Source of the DNA: an uncultured Alphaproteobacteria bacterium | Lineage (GTDB): Bacteria; Pseudomonadota; Alphaproteobacteria; RF32; CAG-239 | Direction: 5' to 3' | DNA: 64,000 nt | NCBI GenBank assembly: GCA_944391465.1 | Contig: CALXTS010000005.1 | Coordinates: 2,942-66,941, forward strand | Shown: positions 47,208 through 56,392 of the stretch, piece after piece | How positions within the stretch are numbered: the first letter of the stretch is position 1 | Layout of the letters: the number at the start of each line of letters is the position of its first letter | Made by a program: the position numbers and the translations under genes | Notes under the pieces: generated by a model | Seen by the model: the letters and a program-made list of their open reading frames with translations, nothing else | Told to the model about the DNA's origin: nothing | Databases searched by the model: none

Positions 47208-47528
47208 CTAAAAGGGAAGTTTAAGACCGCCAAGATTTAATCCGCCCGTAACATCAGAAACACTTGATTGCATTTTAGCATCTACTTTGTTCTTTGCATC
47301 GTTGTAAGCGGCCATAATTAAGTCTTCAAGGATATCTGTTTCATCAGGAACAATAAGCGATTTATCCAGATTAATTTTTTTCATTTCAAATTTGCCGTTT
47401 AATACGACGGAAACCATACCACCGCCGCTGGTTCCGGTAACTTCTTCCTGAGCTAATTTTTCCTGCATTTCTTCCATTCTTTTTTGCATGGCTTGAGCTT
47501 GTTTCATAAGTCCTTGAATATTCATCAT
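47208..47528 (-). CDS. ybaB: YbaB/EbfC nucleoid-associated protein
   Basis: MKQAQAMQ, GTSGGGMVSV, LEDLIMAAYNDA, KLPF; dnaX-ybaB-recR order. Confidence 0.95.
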   Translation of the reverse strand: MMNIQGLMKQAQAMQKRMEEMQEKLAQEEVTGTSGGGMVSVVLNGKFEMKKINLDKSLIVPDETDILEDLIMAAYNDAKNKVDAKMQSSVSDVTGGLNLGGLKLPF

Positions 47529-47531
47529 TGT

Positions 47532-49256
47532 TTATAATTCCTCATCAAAATAAGTATTTTCGTTTTCATCAAACCCGCCTTCATTCAGTTCATTAGCAAG
47601 TTCTTTATTAATTTTACGCGTTAGCGTCTCGATTTTAGCACCTTTAAATTCGCTTAAAATGGCTTTTACGAGAGGCAAATCAGAGACATTTCTTTTATTT
47701 TGCTCATCAAGAGCTTGTTCTTGTTGGGCAATTGTTTCGCCCAAAGGTCCTTTTAGTGTTTCAATATCCCATTTAGCCCCGGTGGTTTCAAGTAAAAGTT
47801 TTTGCAAATTGAGCAAGAATTCTCCGGAAACTTTATCAGAAACCGTCATTTTAATTTTGCCGAAACTAAATTCACTGATGGAAACATCATTCTTCAAAGT
47901 ATAAAGAAAGAGCATTTTTTTTGCGTTCTGGAGATATTCCAAGAATTCGGGAAGAGAATTAAACAAACCCGAATTTGAACTCTCCTGAGGCAAATTTAAA
48001 TGTTCTGCCGGCCTGGCAAACCCCGCAGAATGAGGTGTTGAAGATTTTGGAGTCGAAGCCTCTGGAACAAAAGTGTCTAATTTAGAGTTTTTTTTTACGT
48101 CGTTCAAAATTTCCAAAGGTGTCGGCAAAGATGCAGAATAAGCAATTCTGATTAAAATCATTTCTAACGCATCAATTTGGATAGGCGCCATAAAGAGCTC
48201 ATTTAACCCTTTGAGCATCATCTGCCAAATCTTAGAAAGGATAGCGATGGATGTGTCAGGTGCAAGTCTTTTGCATAATTCTTTTTCAGCTTCTGACAAA
48301 TCATCGGAATCAACACTTGAAGGAACGATTTTAGCTTTTGCAAGCATATGGGTAACATTGATTAAATCTTGCAGAATGGTCGTCGGATTCGCGCCTTTTT
48401 TATATTGTTCTGCAAGAGTTGCGATGGTCTTATCAATATTGCCGGAAAGCAAGTTTTCAAAAAGCTCAAAAGTCTGAGCTTTATCTGCCAAACCAATCAT
48501 ATTCCGCACGATTTCTGTTTTAACCTCACCCGAGCCAAGCGATATTGCTTGGTCAAGTAAAGATAAGCCGTCACGACAAGAACCATCAGCGGCTTTAGCG
48601 ATGATATGAAGGGCTTCATCTTCTGCTTTTAAATTTTCTTTTTGAATAATGTTTTTGAAATGACTGATTAAGGTGTCCACGGTCAAACGTTGCAAATCAA
48701 AGCGCTGACATCTAGAAAGAACCGTAACCGGAACTTTTCTGATTTCCGTAGTTGCAAAAATAAAGATAACGTGAGAAGGGGGCTCTTCAAGAGTTTTTAA
48801 TAATGCATTGAAAGCATTTTTAGAAAGCATGTGAACTTCGTCGATAATATAGACTTTGTATCGAGCGTTTGTCGGTTTATAACGAACCCCGTCTAAAATT
48901 TCACGAATATCATCAACACCAGTTCTAGAGGCGGCATCAAGCTCTAAAACATCAATATGCCGAGAAGCGGCGATAGCTTTACAATTTTCACAAATCCCGC
49001 AAGGATTAATTGTCGGCCCGCTGTGACCGTCTTTACCGGTGCAGTTCAAAGCTCTGGCAATTAAACGAGCCGTCGTTGTTTTTCCGACACCGCGAATACC
49101 GGTTAATATATAAGCATGATGGATTCGGTTATTTTTTATGGCATTAGTAAGCGTACGCACCAAAGCATCTTGTCCGAGCAATTCATTAAAATTCTGCGGA
49201 CGATATTTGCGAGCTAAAACGACATATTGTTGATTATCTAAAGTATCTTCTGCCAT
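47532..49256 (-). CDS. dnaX: DNA polymerase III gamma/tau subunit
   Basis: YVVLARKYRPQ, GIRGVGKTT, ELDAAS, IIDEVHMLS, LEEPP, SRCQRF; ATG 49256 chosen because the longer ORF overlaps ffs. Confidence 0.97.
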   Translation of the reverse strand: MAEDTLDNQQYVVLARKYRPQNFNELLGQDALVRTLTNAIKNNRIHHAYILTGIRGVGKTTTARLIARALNCTGKDGHSGPTINPCGICENCKAIAASRHIDVLELDAASRTGVDDIREILDGVRYKPTNARYKVYIIDEVHMLSKNAFNALLKTLEEPPSHVIFIFATTEIRKVPVTVLSRCQRFDLQRLTVDTLISHFKNIIQKENLKAEDEALHIIAKAADGSCRDGLSLLDQAISLGSGEVKTEIVRNMIGLADKAQTFELFENLLSGNIDKTIATLAEQYKKGANPTTILQDLINVTHMLAKAKIVPSSVDSDDLSEAEKELCKRLAPDTSIAILSKIWQMMLKGLNELFMAPIQIDALEMILIRIAYSASLPTPLEILNDVKKNSKLDTFVPEASTPKSSTPHSAGFARPAEHLNLPQESSNSGLFNSLPEFLEYLQNAKKMLFLYTLKNDVSISEFSFGKIKMTVSDKVSGEFLLNLQKLLLETTGAKWDIETLKGPLGETIAQQEQALDEQNKRNVSDLPLVKAILSEFKGAKIETLTRKINKELANELNEGGFDENENTYFDEEL

Positions 49257-49274
49257 AATTCCAACCTGTAAACT

Positions 49275-49365
49275 GGTGGAGAACCGCGACCCCGAAAACA
49301 TTCGTTACGGCTGCTTCCTTCCGGACCTGACCGGATTGGCGACGATTCGACCCGCCGTCCTCCGG
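49275..49365 (-). ncRNA. ffs: Signal recognition particle RNA (4.5S)
   Basis: Minus strand GGAGGACGGCGGGTCGAA...GGTCAGGTCCGGAAGGAAGCAGCC...GGTTCTCCACC contains the conserved SRP helix-8 motif; lies upstream of dnaX. Confidence 0.95.
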
Positions 49366-49426
49366 TAAACAAAGATAACAGAAAGCTCTTAATTTTCAAG
49401 TTTTATTCTGAGTTACTGTCAGATAA

Positions 49427-50896
49427 TTATTGAAAGATACCCATTTGTCGAAGTTCTTCTTCAATAATTTTGCGTTCAAGTTCAGGGTCTGTGAAACGAG
49501 AAGACTGATTTTCCTGAGGCAAAACCTGCCCGTAAATTTGCAGTTGAGCGGCTGAAGTATCTTTTCCATAAATAAGAGGGGATTTATAATCCGCGGTTAT
49601 TTCAACGTCTTTAAGACGTTTTTCGCTATCAACATTTTCAAAGCCGCGGGGAGCGGCATCAATTACCACATCACCGACAGACTTAACTTCAACAATATCA
49701 AGACTGTGCTGATTGGTTCCGTCTTCAAACAAACGGAAGGGACCGTTAATACCGGCATATCCGTCAGGGTTTGTAATGGCTTTGTTTAGGTTATCTTTAT
49801 CTTGTTTAGAGAGTTCATTGGCAAGAGCAACGGCGTCATAAGCAAAAGAGAACAAACTGCTGGGACGATTTCCGAAAATACTGGTATATTTATTGGCAAA
49901 ATAGGAGCTGTAGTTACGAGACAAAGCCGGATACCAACTATTGACAATAGAAACTTCATTATTGAGTCGGCTGTTTTCCCAAATAGAGGTACCTAAGAAT
50001 TGCACGTTGGGATAAGCTACATCGTAATAAGCAAACATAGAGATTGCCGAAGTTAATTTGGCACCGGATTCGGGAATTAATACAGCATCAAACCCGACAG
50101 AGCCAAGACCTTCTTTGGTTGAAAGTTTTTGTAAGTTTCTGAGGGCATCAGAATCTCCGTTATCAGCTTTATACTGTAAATTAGCTTTAACTCGAGCCAA
50201 TTGAGCATGACGTTCGCTATAATTAGACATTTGTTTAATGATGTCTGCAAAATCAGAAGTTTCTGGCGCATAAAAACCGATAACGGTAACCGTCACATCG
50301 TTAGCTTGAGCAACTTTGATGGCCGCTTTGGCAACGGCAATACCTGTTCCGTTGTCCGGAAGCAGTAAAGCAAAATTTTTACGTCCTTTTTTAGCGGCAA
50401 AAGACATAATTCTTTCGACTTGTTCTTCCACCAACAAGCCGAGAGTATAAACCGTTGGCTGTAAAACGGCTTGAGAGGAAGAGAAGGCGATAACGGGAAT
50501 GCCTTGATAAATGGTTTCATTGGCAATCGCCTGTACTTCTGAGCTCATCAAAGGCCCGATAATTAAATCCGAATTCTGAGAAATAGCGTTACTGACGGCC
50601 ATTCTTGCGCCTGCGGGAGTGCTTTTTGTATCGTAGTATTGCAAAATAAGGTTGTTATTATGAATATCTTCTAAAGCGAGCATTGATGCGTTTCTCAAGC
50701 CGACGCCATATTGGCTTGCCGGTCCGGTTAAAGGGAGAAGAACACCAACTCTGAAGTTATTGGAAGATGAGATATTAATATCGCTGATATCGGTATTAAT
50801 AGCATCACTTCCGCCTTCATCAATCACACCGGAAGAGAAGCAACCGCAAAGAACAAGACAAAACAACCCGATACTAAATTTTTTAAACACTTGCAT
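49427..50896 (-). CDS. Penicillin-binding protein activator LpoA-like lipoprotein
   Basis: Lipobox LCGC, VGVLLPLTG, YDTK, IIGPL, QFLGT..W, AYDAV, GINGPFRL..DG; divergent from rsmI. Confidence 0.82.
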   Translation of the reverse strand: MQVFKKFSIGLFCLVLCGCFSSGVIDEGGSDAINTDISDINISSSNNFRVGVLLPLTGPASQYGVGLRNASMLALEDIHNNNLILQYYDTKSTPAGARMAVSNAISQNSDLIIGPLMSSEVQAIANETIYQGIPVIAFSSSQAVLQPTVYTLGLLVEEQVERIMSFAAKKGRKNFALLLPDNGTGIAVAKAAIKVAQANDVTVTVIGFYAPETSDFADIIKQMSNYSERHAQLARVKANLQYKADNGDSDALRNLQKLSTKEGLGSVGFDAVLIPESGAKLTSAISMFAYYDVAYPNVQFLGTSIWENSRLNNEVSIVNSWYPALSRNYSSYFANKYTSIFGNRPSSLFSFAYDAVALANELSKQDKDNLNKAITNPDGYAGINGPFRLFEDGTNQHSLDIVEVKSVGDVVIDAAPRGFENVDSEKRLKDVEITADYKSPLIYGKDTSAAQLQIYGQVLPQENQSSRFTDPELERKIIEEELRQMGIFQ

Positions 50897-50969
50897 TTTA
50901 CCCTAAAATATAAAACAATCTAAGCAACAGTATTAATTTAATTTTTTCAATATGTAAAGAAGACAACAC

Positions 50970-51806
50970 ATGAAAAAAGGTATTTACATTGTTGCAACGC
51001 CGATAGGCAACTTGGGAGATATCACCCCGCGCGCGATAGAGGTTCTGGAAGCCGCCGATATTATCGCTTGTGAAGATACCCGAGTTACTAAGAAACTGTT
51101 TTCATTATTAAACATTAATATTAAAAAAACATTTATATCCATGCATGATCATAATGAAAGCGAACAGCTTGAAAAAATTATAGATTTTGTAAAAGAAGGA
51201 AAGAGTGTGGCACAAGTGAGCGATGCCGGATGTCCGTTGATTTCCGACCCCGGATATAAGTTGATACGCCGCTGTAAAGAAGAAGGAATTTATTATTGCA
51301 CGATTCCCGGACCATGCGCTTTAATCTGCGCTTTGCAGTTATCGGGATTACCGACAAATTCTTTTATGTTTGCCGGCTTTATTCCCAATAAAGATAAGGC
51401 GCGCGCGGACTTATTTGGCAAACTTAAAGAGATAGACACCACACTTGTTTTTTATGAAACAGCCAATCGCATTATAAAAACACTGGAGGCGGCGCAAAAG
51501 ATTTTTCCTCAAAGAGAAATGGCGGTAGCCCGAGAGATAACCAAAGTATATGAGGAATGTTTGAACGGAAGCGCCGACGAGCTTTTGAAGCATTTTCGGA
51601 CAACGGAACCCAAAGGCGAGATGGTTTTAATGATAGCTCCTCCGCAAGAGGAGGAAAAAAATATTTCTGATGAGGATATAGAAACGTTTTTAAGAGCAGA
51701 AATGCAAACTTTGAGCTTAAAGAGCGCGGTAAAGAAGATTGCGGAACAATATAACCGAAGCAAAAATGAGGTTTACGAGCTTGCGCTTAAAATTAAAGAT
51801 GAATAA
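50970..51806 (+). CDS. rsmI: 16S rRNA C1402 2'-O-methyltransferase RsmI
   Basis: VATPIGNLGDIT.RA, CEDTRVT, SDAGCPLISDPG, AREITK, KGE. Confidence 0.96.
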   Translation: MKKGIYIVATPIGNLGDITPRAIEVLEAADIIACEDTRVTKKLFSLLNINIKKTFISMHDHNESEQLEKIIDFVKEGKSVAQVSDAGCPLISDPGYKLIRRCKEEGIYYCTIPGPCALICALQLSGLPTNSFMFAGFIPNKDKARADLFGKLKEIDTTLVFYETANRIIKTLEAAQKIFPQREMAVAREITKVYEECLNGSADELLKHFRTTEPKGEMVLMIAPPQEEEKNISDEDIETFLRAEMQTLSLKSAVKKIAEQYNRSKNEVYELALKIKDE

Positions 51807-52149
51807 CTATCGAAAAGGGCATTTTGCAGAAAAATTGGCGGCAATGTATTTGCTGATAAAAGGCTATTGGCCGCTGGCGTTTAACTATTCGGGCGGGAAA
51901 GGAACACACGCCGGAGAAATAGATTTGATTGTCCGCCGCGGCAAAACGATAGTCTTTGTAGAGGTTAAGCAGCGTACAGATTTGGTAAACGCGGCTTATG
52001 CGATTCAACCGTCACAACAGGAGCGGATTCGGCGCAATGCGGAAGCCTTTCTCTCTCGTTGTCGAAACGCAAAAAATTGTTCGATTCGTTTTGACGCGAT
52101 TTTGATAAGCTATCCTTTAAGCATTAAACATCTTCCAAACGTATTTTGA
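51799..52149 (+). CDS. yraN: YraN family (UPF0102) protein
   Basis: G..AE..A..YL..KGY, GEIDLIV, VFVEVKQR, IRFD; ATG 51799. Confidence 0.92.
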   Translation: MNNYRKGHFAEKLAAMYLLIKGYWPLAFNYSGGKGTHAGEIDLIVRRGKTIVFVEVKQRTDLVNAAYAIQPSQQERIRRNAEAFLSRCRNAKNCSIRFDAILISYPLSIKHLPNVF

Positions 52150-52217
52150 TTTTTATCTTTTATAAGCAATTGCAAAAATAAATTATTCTGTTAAGATAAG
52201 AACACTTATAAAAAAGA

Positions 52218-52470
52218 ATAACTGTGCAAGCAGTTATCCGGAGGGCTAGAGATAGTCCGGGCGAATTGACGTTTGCCTGATAAGACACAAGCAGTATCTG
52301 GATATAATACTGCAACTCGTTTATAGAATTTTTTATAAACGGGACTATATCCCCGATTGTAAAATCTTTTATGGTCGGGGAGGCCCGAAGGGTTCGCCTG
52401 TAGGGTTCCATTGCTTGTGTCATGGTAACGTCAACCTTCCCGGCCGCCTTTCCTCAGGCGGTTTTTCTTT
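52218..52470 (+). ncRNA. Structured cis-regulatory RNA resembling phage C4/CI antisense RNA with upstream target sites and a terminator
   Basis: Series of stems whose non-canonical pairs are G-U on the + strand. Closing stem 52373-83/52435-45. Loop TGCTTGTGTC and linker AACGTCAA are complementary to GACACAAGCA (52284) and TTGACGTT (52266). Terminator 52444-52470. Confidence 0.65.
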
Positions 52471-52494
52471 AGCCGAAAAAAGAAAGGAAAGCCG

Positions 52495-52890
52495 ATGGAA
52501 AATTTTATCTTGGACTACCAAAAACGTTACGAAGCAGAACAACAACGTCTGGAAAAAGAAGAAAAACTAAAAGCCCAAGCTCTGGCCGAAAAAAACAGAC
52601 TGTTTTATCAAGATATCGGTAATTTTATCCGGAAACATCGTGAGCGCCGAAAACTAAGCCAAACCGCTTTAGGAAGAAGAATAGGCTGTTCAGGGTTTCG
52701 CTTAGCCGATTATGAAAACGCCCGAAGCCGTATCAGCCTTTATAATTTTGCTCAAATTTGTAGGATTCTTGAAATTGATTATGACTATTGCGGTGGTTTG
52801 CAATTGTCCTCGGAAGAAAAAATTTGGATAGATATACTTCGTCGCCGCGATATAAAATCCGTAGCCGAATGGTTGGCTAAAGAAATTTGA
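52495..52890 (+). CDS. XRE-family helix-turn-helix protein
   Basis: IGNFIRKHRERRKLSQTALGRRIG.S...ADYENARSRIS...ICRIL; AAGGA RBS; N-terminal coiled coil. Confidence 0.85.
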   Translation: MENFILDYQKRYEAEQQRLEKEEKLKAQALAEKNRLFYQDIGNFIRKHRERRKLSQTALGRRIGCSGFRLADYENARSRISLYNFAQICRILEIDYDYCGGLQLSSEEKIWIDILRRRDIKSVAEWLAKEI

Positions 52891-52894
52891 ATTA

Positions 52895-53971
52895 TTAAAG
52901 CGGATTCGCTTCGCTTTTTTTAGATTTTAATTGTCCGCAAGCCGCCAAAATGTCTTGCCCGCGCGCCACTCTTATCGGAGCCTCGTATCCTGCGTTTTCC
53001 AACTCACGAGAAAACGCATGAACCTTGTTGTTTGAGCTCGGTTCATAAGAACACCCCGGCCACGGGTTGAACGGGATTAAATTAAATTTGGCGCCGATTT
53101 TGTACTTTTTCATCAGTTGGATTAACTCACGCGCATCATCAAGTGAATCATTAAAATCTTTTAGCATCAAGTATTCAAAAGTAATATATCTTCCCCGACC
53201 GACAATCTCCTGATATTCCTGACAGGCTTTTAACACTTCTTCAATCGGGTAACGGTCATTAATCGGCATAATTTGCGAGCGTTTTTCATTGTTTGGCGCA
53301 TGCAGACTAATAGCTAATTTAACGCCCAAATCACGAGCAACGGAAGCAATTCTAGGGGCGATTCCCGAAGTTGAAAGCGTGATTTTTCTCTTTGAAATGG
53401 AGATTCCTTCTCCATCGGACAATATTTTTAAAGCCTTAAAAGTATTTTCGGGATTATGCAAAGGTTCTCCCATACCCATAACGACAATATTAGACAAGAA
53501 ACGAGTTTCATCGGTAGGTGTCGGCCATTCGCCGTAAGCATCTCTGGCAACCATAAACTGAGAAACAATTTCTCCCGCCGTCAGATTTCTTGTAATTTTT
53601 TGGCTTCCTGTATGGCAGAACTTACACCCGACGGCGCATCCGACTTGCGTCGATATGCAAACCGCACCTCTGTCTTCTTCCGGAATATAAACCGTTTCGA
53701 TTCTTTGTCCGTCGGCAAATTCCAAAAGCCATTTATGCGTTTTGTCTTTAGATATTTGTTCGGCAACAATCTTCGGACGGCTTATGGTATAGAGCTCTTT
53801 GAGTTTTTCGCGCAAATCTTTTGATAAATTACTCATTTTATCAAAATCAGTTTCCCCTTTCAGATAAATCCACTGCCAAAGCTGTTTGGCACGAAAAGGC
53901 TTCTCTCCGATTTTAATAATTTCGGCGGCTAATTCTTCTTTTGATAAACCAATGAGCTCAATTTTATCCAT
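52895..53971 (-). CDS. rlmN: Dual-specificity RNA methyltransferase RlmN
   Basis: CISTQVGCAVGCKFCHTG radical-SAM motif, NIVVMGMGEP, ISLHA, NLIPFN, RGQDILAACGQL. Confidence 0.97.
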   Translation of the reverse strand: MDKIELIGLSKEELAAEIIKIGEKPFRAKQLWQWIYLKGETDFDKMSNLSKDLREKLKELYTISRPKIVAEQISKDKTHKWLLEFADGQRIETVYIPEEDRGAVCISTQVGCAVGCKFCHTGSQKITRNLTAGEIVSQFMVARDAYGEWPTPTDETRFLSNIVVMGMGEPLHNPENTFKALKILSDGEGISISKRKITLSTSGIAPRIASVARDLGVKLAISLHAPNNEKRSQIMPINDRYPIEEVLKACQEYQEIVGRGRYITFEYLMLKDFNDSLDDARELIQLMKKYKIGAKFNLIPFNPWPGCSYEPSSNNKVHAFSRELENAGYEAPIRVARGQDILAACGQLKSKKSEANPL

Positions 53972-54486
53972 TATTTTTGTCTTTTGCATTTATTGGTAAT
54001 AGCTTTATAAGCACTGCTGAAACCGGCAAGAGAATAAGTGTCTTTGGTTTTGGTTCCGCGGCTTGAAACACCGTGAACAATCATACGATTACCGCGTTTC
54101 ATCGCTTCAACGATTTCTTTATCAACTTTCTCGCTGACAGACCAAGCCTTATCACCGGAAGTAAACATTCTGTCAAAAGTCTTGGCTCCGATTTTGAGTT
54201 CAACCTTAGCATCGGGCTTGTAGGTATATCCGGCATTAATATTGACCACATCATAACTGTTCTCTTTCGGGCGGTGAGTTACAACGACGTAAATATCGCC
54301 TCTTTTGGTATATTTACCTTCATCTTTTTTAGGTGTTGAGGCCATATAACAAACCGGACCTGCGGAATCTCTGTAATAATAGGCAATCCAATCATCATAT
54401 TCGCCAATCATCTGTGGAGCCGCGGCTTGTGCTCCGGAAACTTTAATCAAACAAGCTAAACCGATAAAAAATAAAGTTTTTTTCAT
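53971..54486 (-). CDS. Invasion-associated locus B (IalB) family protein
   Basis: Signal peptide; IGEYDDW, CYMASTP, VTHRP, GYTY, AMKRG, SSRGTKTKDTYSLAGF; upstream of rlmN. Confidence 0.85.
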   Translation of the reverse strand: MKKTLFFIGLACLIKVSGAQAAAPQMIGEYDDWIAYYYRDSAGPVCYMASTPKKDEGKYTKRGDIYVVVTHRPKENSYDVVNINAGYTYKPDAKVELKIGAKTFDRMFTSGDKAWSVSEKVDKEIVEAMKRGNRMIVHGVSSRGTKTKDTYSLAGFSSAYKAITNKCKRQK

Positions 54487-54582
54487 TCTCAAATACCCAC
54501 ATTTCGTTCAAATTAAGATAATAGTAATTGAAAAAAATATAAAAACTGTTAATTTCAAAAAAAATTTTTTAGGCGTAATCAA

Positions 54583-55815
54583 ATGATAAAAGATAATTAC
54601 CTTGATATAAATAAGCTGATTCGCTCTCCTTTAGAGCTAAAACTTTTTTCAATAGTCGAAAAACACGGAGGGGTTCTGCGTTTTGTCGGCGGTGCCGTTC
54701 GTGACGCGCTTAAAGGCATTAAAGGGTTTGATCTTGATCTGGCAACAGACCTTTCGCCGGATGAATTGGTCGAGGCTTGTGAGGAAGAGGGAATTAAAAC
54801 CGTTGCCATCGGCATAAAATACGGAACGGTTGGTGTTATTATCGGAGATAAAGTTCTCGAGGTAACATCTTTGCGTAGAGATGTAAAAACAGATGGACGT
54901 CACGCCGAAGTAGAATTTACGGATAACTGGGAAGAAGACGCTTCTCGCCGCGATTTAACCATTAATGCCGTTTATGCAGATGAAAAAGGTAATGTTTTTG
55001 ACTATTATGACGGAGTCAAAGACCTTGAAAACGGTGTGGTGCGATTTATAGGTAATCCATCTCAAAGAATTACCGAAGACTATTTGCGGATTCTGCGTTT
55101 TTTCCGCTTTTATTCCATCTTCGGAAAAGGCCCGATAAATGAAAAAGCATTGCAAGCCTGTATAGAACACCGTGAAGGTCTGACAAAACTTTCCATGGAG
55201 CGGATTCGTGATGAATTATTTAAAATTTTGCTTACACCCAAAGCCGTGGAAACCTGCCGAATAATGCAAGAAAATAATATCTTGAGTTATATTATGCCGG
55301 ATGCACAGTATTTAGATAATTTGGATTTCTTGATAAAATTGGTAGAAAAAGAAAAAATCCCTTGCGATAGTTTGCGCCGCCTTTTTGCTTTGTATAATCC
55401 CGATGCTGAACTTGCCGAGAATATGGCATCACGTTTGCGTTTGAACAAAAAACAAAAACAGAGTTTTATCAGTTGGGCAACTTACGATATTCCGCTTAGC
55501 GAATTTCTGACGATAAGCAATTTGCCGCGATTAGTCTATTTGTATGGTAAAGAATTTTGCGTGGACAAACTTTTGTTGTTGCTCGCATTTAATCGCCAAA
55601 GTATCAACAATCTGCACCAGATTATTGATTCGATAAATGATATGGAAACACCTGAATTTCCGCTTAAAGGAAGAGATATTATAGCAATCGGCATAACCGA
55701 TTCCCGTAAAATCGGCAACCTTTTGAAAGAGCTTGAAACACTCTGGATAAACAGCGGTTTTACACTCTCAAAAGAAGAACTTTTGAATAAAAGTCATTCA
55801 TTGAATGTTGCTTAA
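54583..55815 (+). CDS. CCA tRNA nucleotidyltransferase / poly(A) polymerase family
   Basis: FVGGAVRDAL..DLDLAT, EVTSLRRD..TDGRHA, DASRRDLTINA, EDYLRILRFFRF, SMERIRDE. Confidence 0.93.
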   Translation: MIKDNYLDINKLIRSPLELKLFSIVEKHGGVLRFVGGAVRDALKGIKGFDLDLATDLSPDELVEACEEEGIKTVAIGIKYGTVGVIIGDKVLEVTSLRRDVKTDGRHAEVEFTDNWEEDASRRDLTINAVYADEKGNVFDYYDGVKDLENGVVRFIGNPSQRITEDYLRILRFFRFYSIFGKGPINEKALQACIEHREGLTKLSMERIRDELFKILLTPKAVETCRIMQENNILSYIMPDAQYLDNLDFLIKLVEKEKIPCDSLRRLFALYNPDAELAENMASRLRLNKKQKQSFISWATYDIPLSEFLTISNLPRLVYLYGKEFCVDKLLLLLAFNRQSINNLHQIIDSINDMETPEFPLKGRDIIAIGITDSRKIGNLLKELETLWINSGFTLSKEELLNKSHSLNVA

Positions 55816-55818
55816 ATT

Positions 55819-56391
55819 CTAAAGCTCGGCAAGTTTCTTAGATATTTTTTCAGCCAAATCATTAAGCAATTTGCTTTGGGTATCGACATAATCTGCATAA
55901 GTTTTGTCCAAAGGACGCTTTAATTTGCTCTGTTCACGAACGATAGTTTTTCCGTCGCTGTTGAGAATACTCCACCAAACGGATAGCTCGGCTTTATCAC
56001 CTAAAATACCGTCCATGGAAGCAACTTCTGCAAAGATTGTGTAAGTAAAGTTTTCCGAACCATAAGTTTTGCTTTTAATAAAAGCGTTTGGCAAATAATT
56101 ACCCATATCTTTAGCCAAAGTTCTCTGCATCATGGAAGAAAGAGCTTCTGCCCAGCGCTGGGTTTCGGAAAGATTCATTTCGGGAGAATTATTTTCAGAC
56201 AACACAATCTGCGGTTTATCAAGGTATCCCGGAATTTTGATAGGCTCAACGCCAATGGAAATTTTTTTCTGAGACAAAGGAGCTTGTCCGTTTAGAGCCT
56301 CCAGAATATAAAATTTGGAAGGTTGACTAGTTCCAAAACCGATACAACCGGCAAGTAAAAAAGCAATAAAGAAAACAGAGATTTTTTTCAT
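55819..56391 (-). CDS. PqiC-like ABC-type transport auxiliary lipoprotein
   Basis: Lipobox LLAGC, FYIL, IPGYLDKPQIV, RWAE.L; ATG 56391. Confidence 0.85.
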   Translation of the reverse strand: MKKISVFFIAFLLAGCIGFGTSQPSKFYILEALNGQAPLSQKKISIGVEPIKIPGYLDKPQIVLSENNSPEMNLSETQRWAEALSSMMQRTLAKDMGNYLPNAFIKSKTYGSENFTYTIFAEVASMDGILGDKAELSVWWSILNSDGKTIVREQSKLKRPLDKTYADYVDTQSKLLNDLAEKISKKLAEL

Positions 56392-56392
56392 T

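Noticed and set aside
49257-49301. N-terminal extension of DnaX in the ORF track
   Set aside because: Overlaps the SRP RNA; the start is better placed at ATG 49256.
52160-52423. 87-aa minus-strand ORF
   Set aside because: Lies antisense to the structured RNA, whose G-U pairs indicate + strand function; no recognisable protein features.
52218-52470. Known riboswitch, ribozyme, 6S, tmRNA or RNase P identity for the structured leader
   Set aside because: Diagnostic cores not found by eye: no CUGAUGA/GAAA hammerhead pair, no TPP, FMN, cobalamin or SAM consensus, no GAGGAAAGUCC. An Infernal search is still needed.
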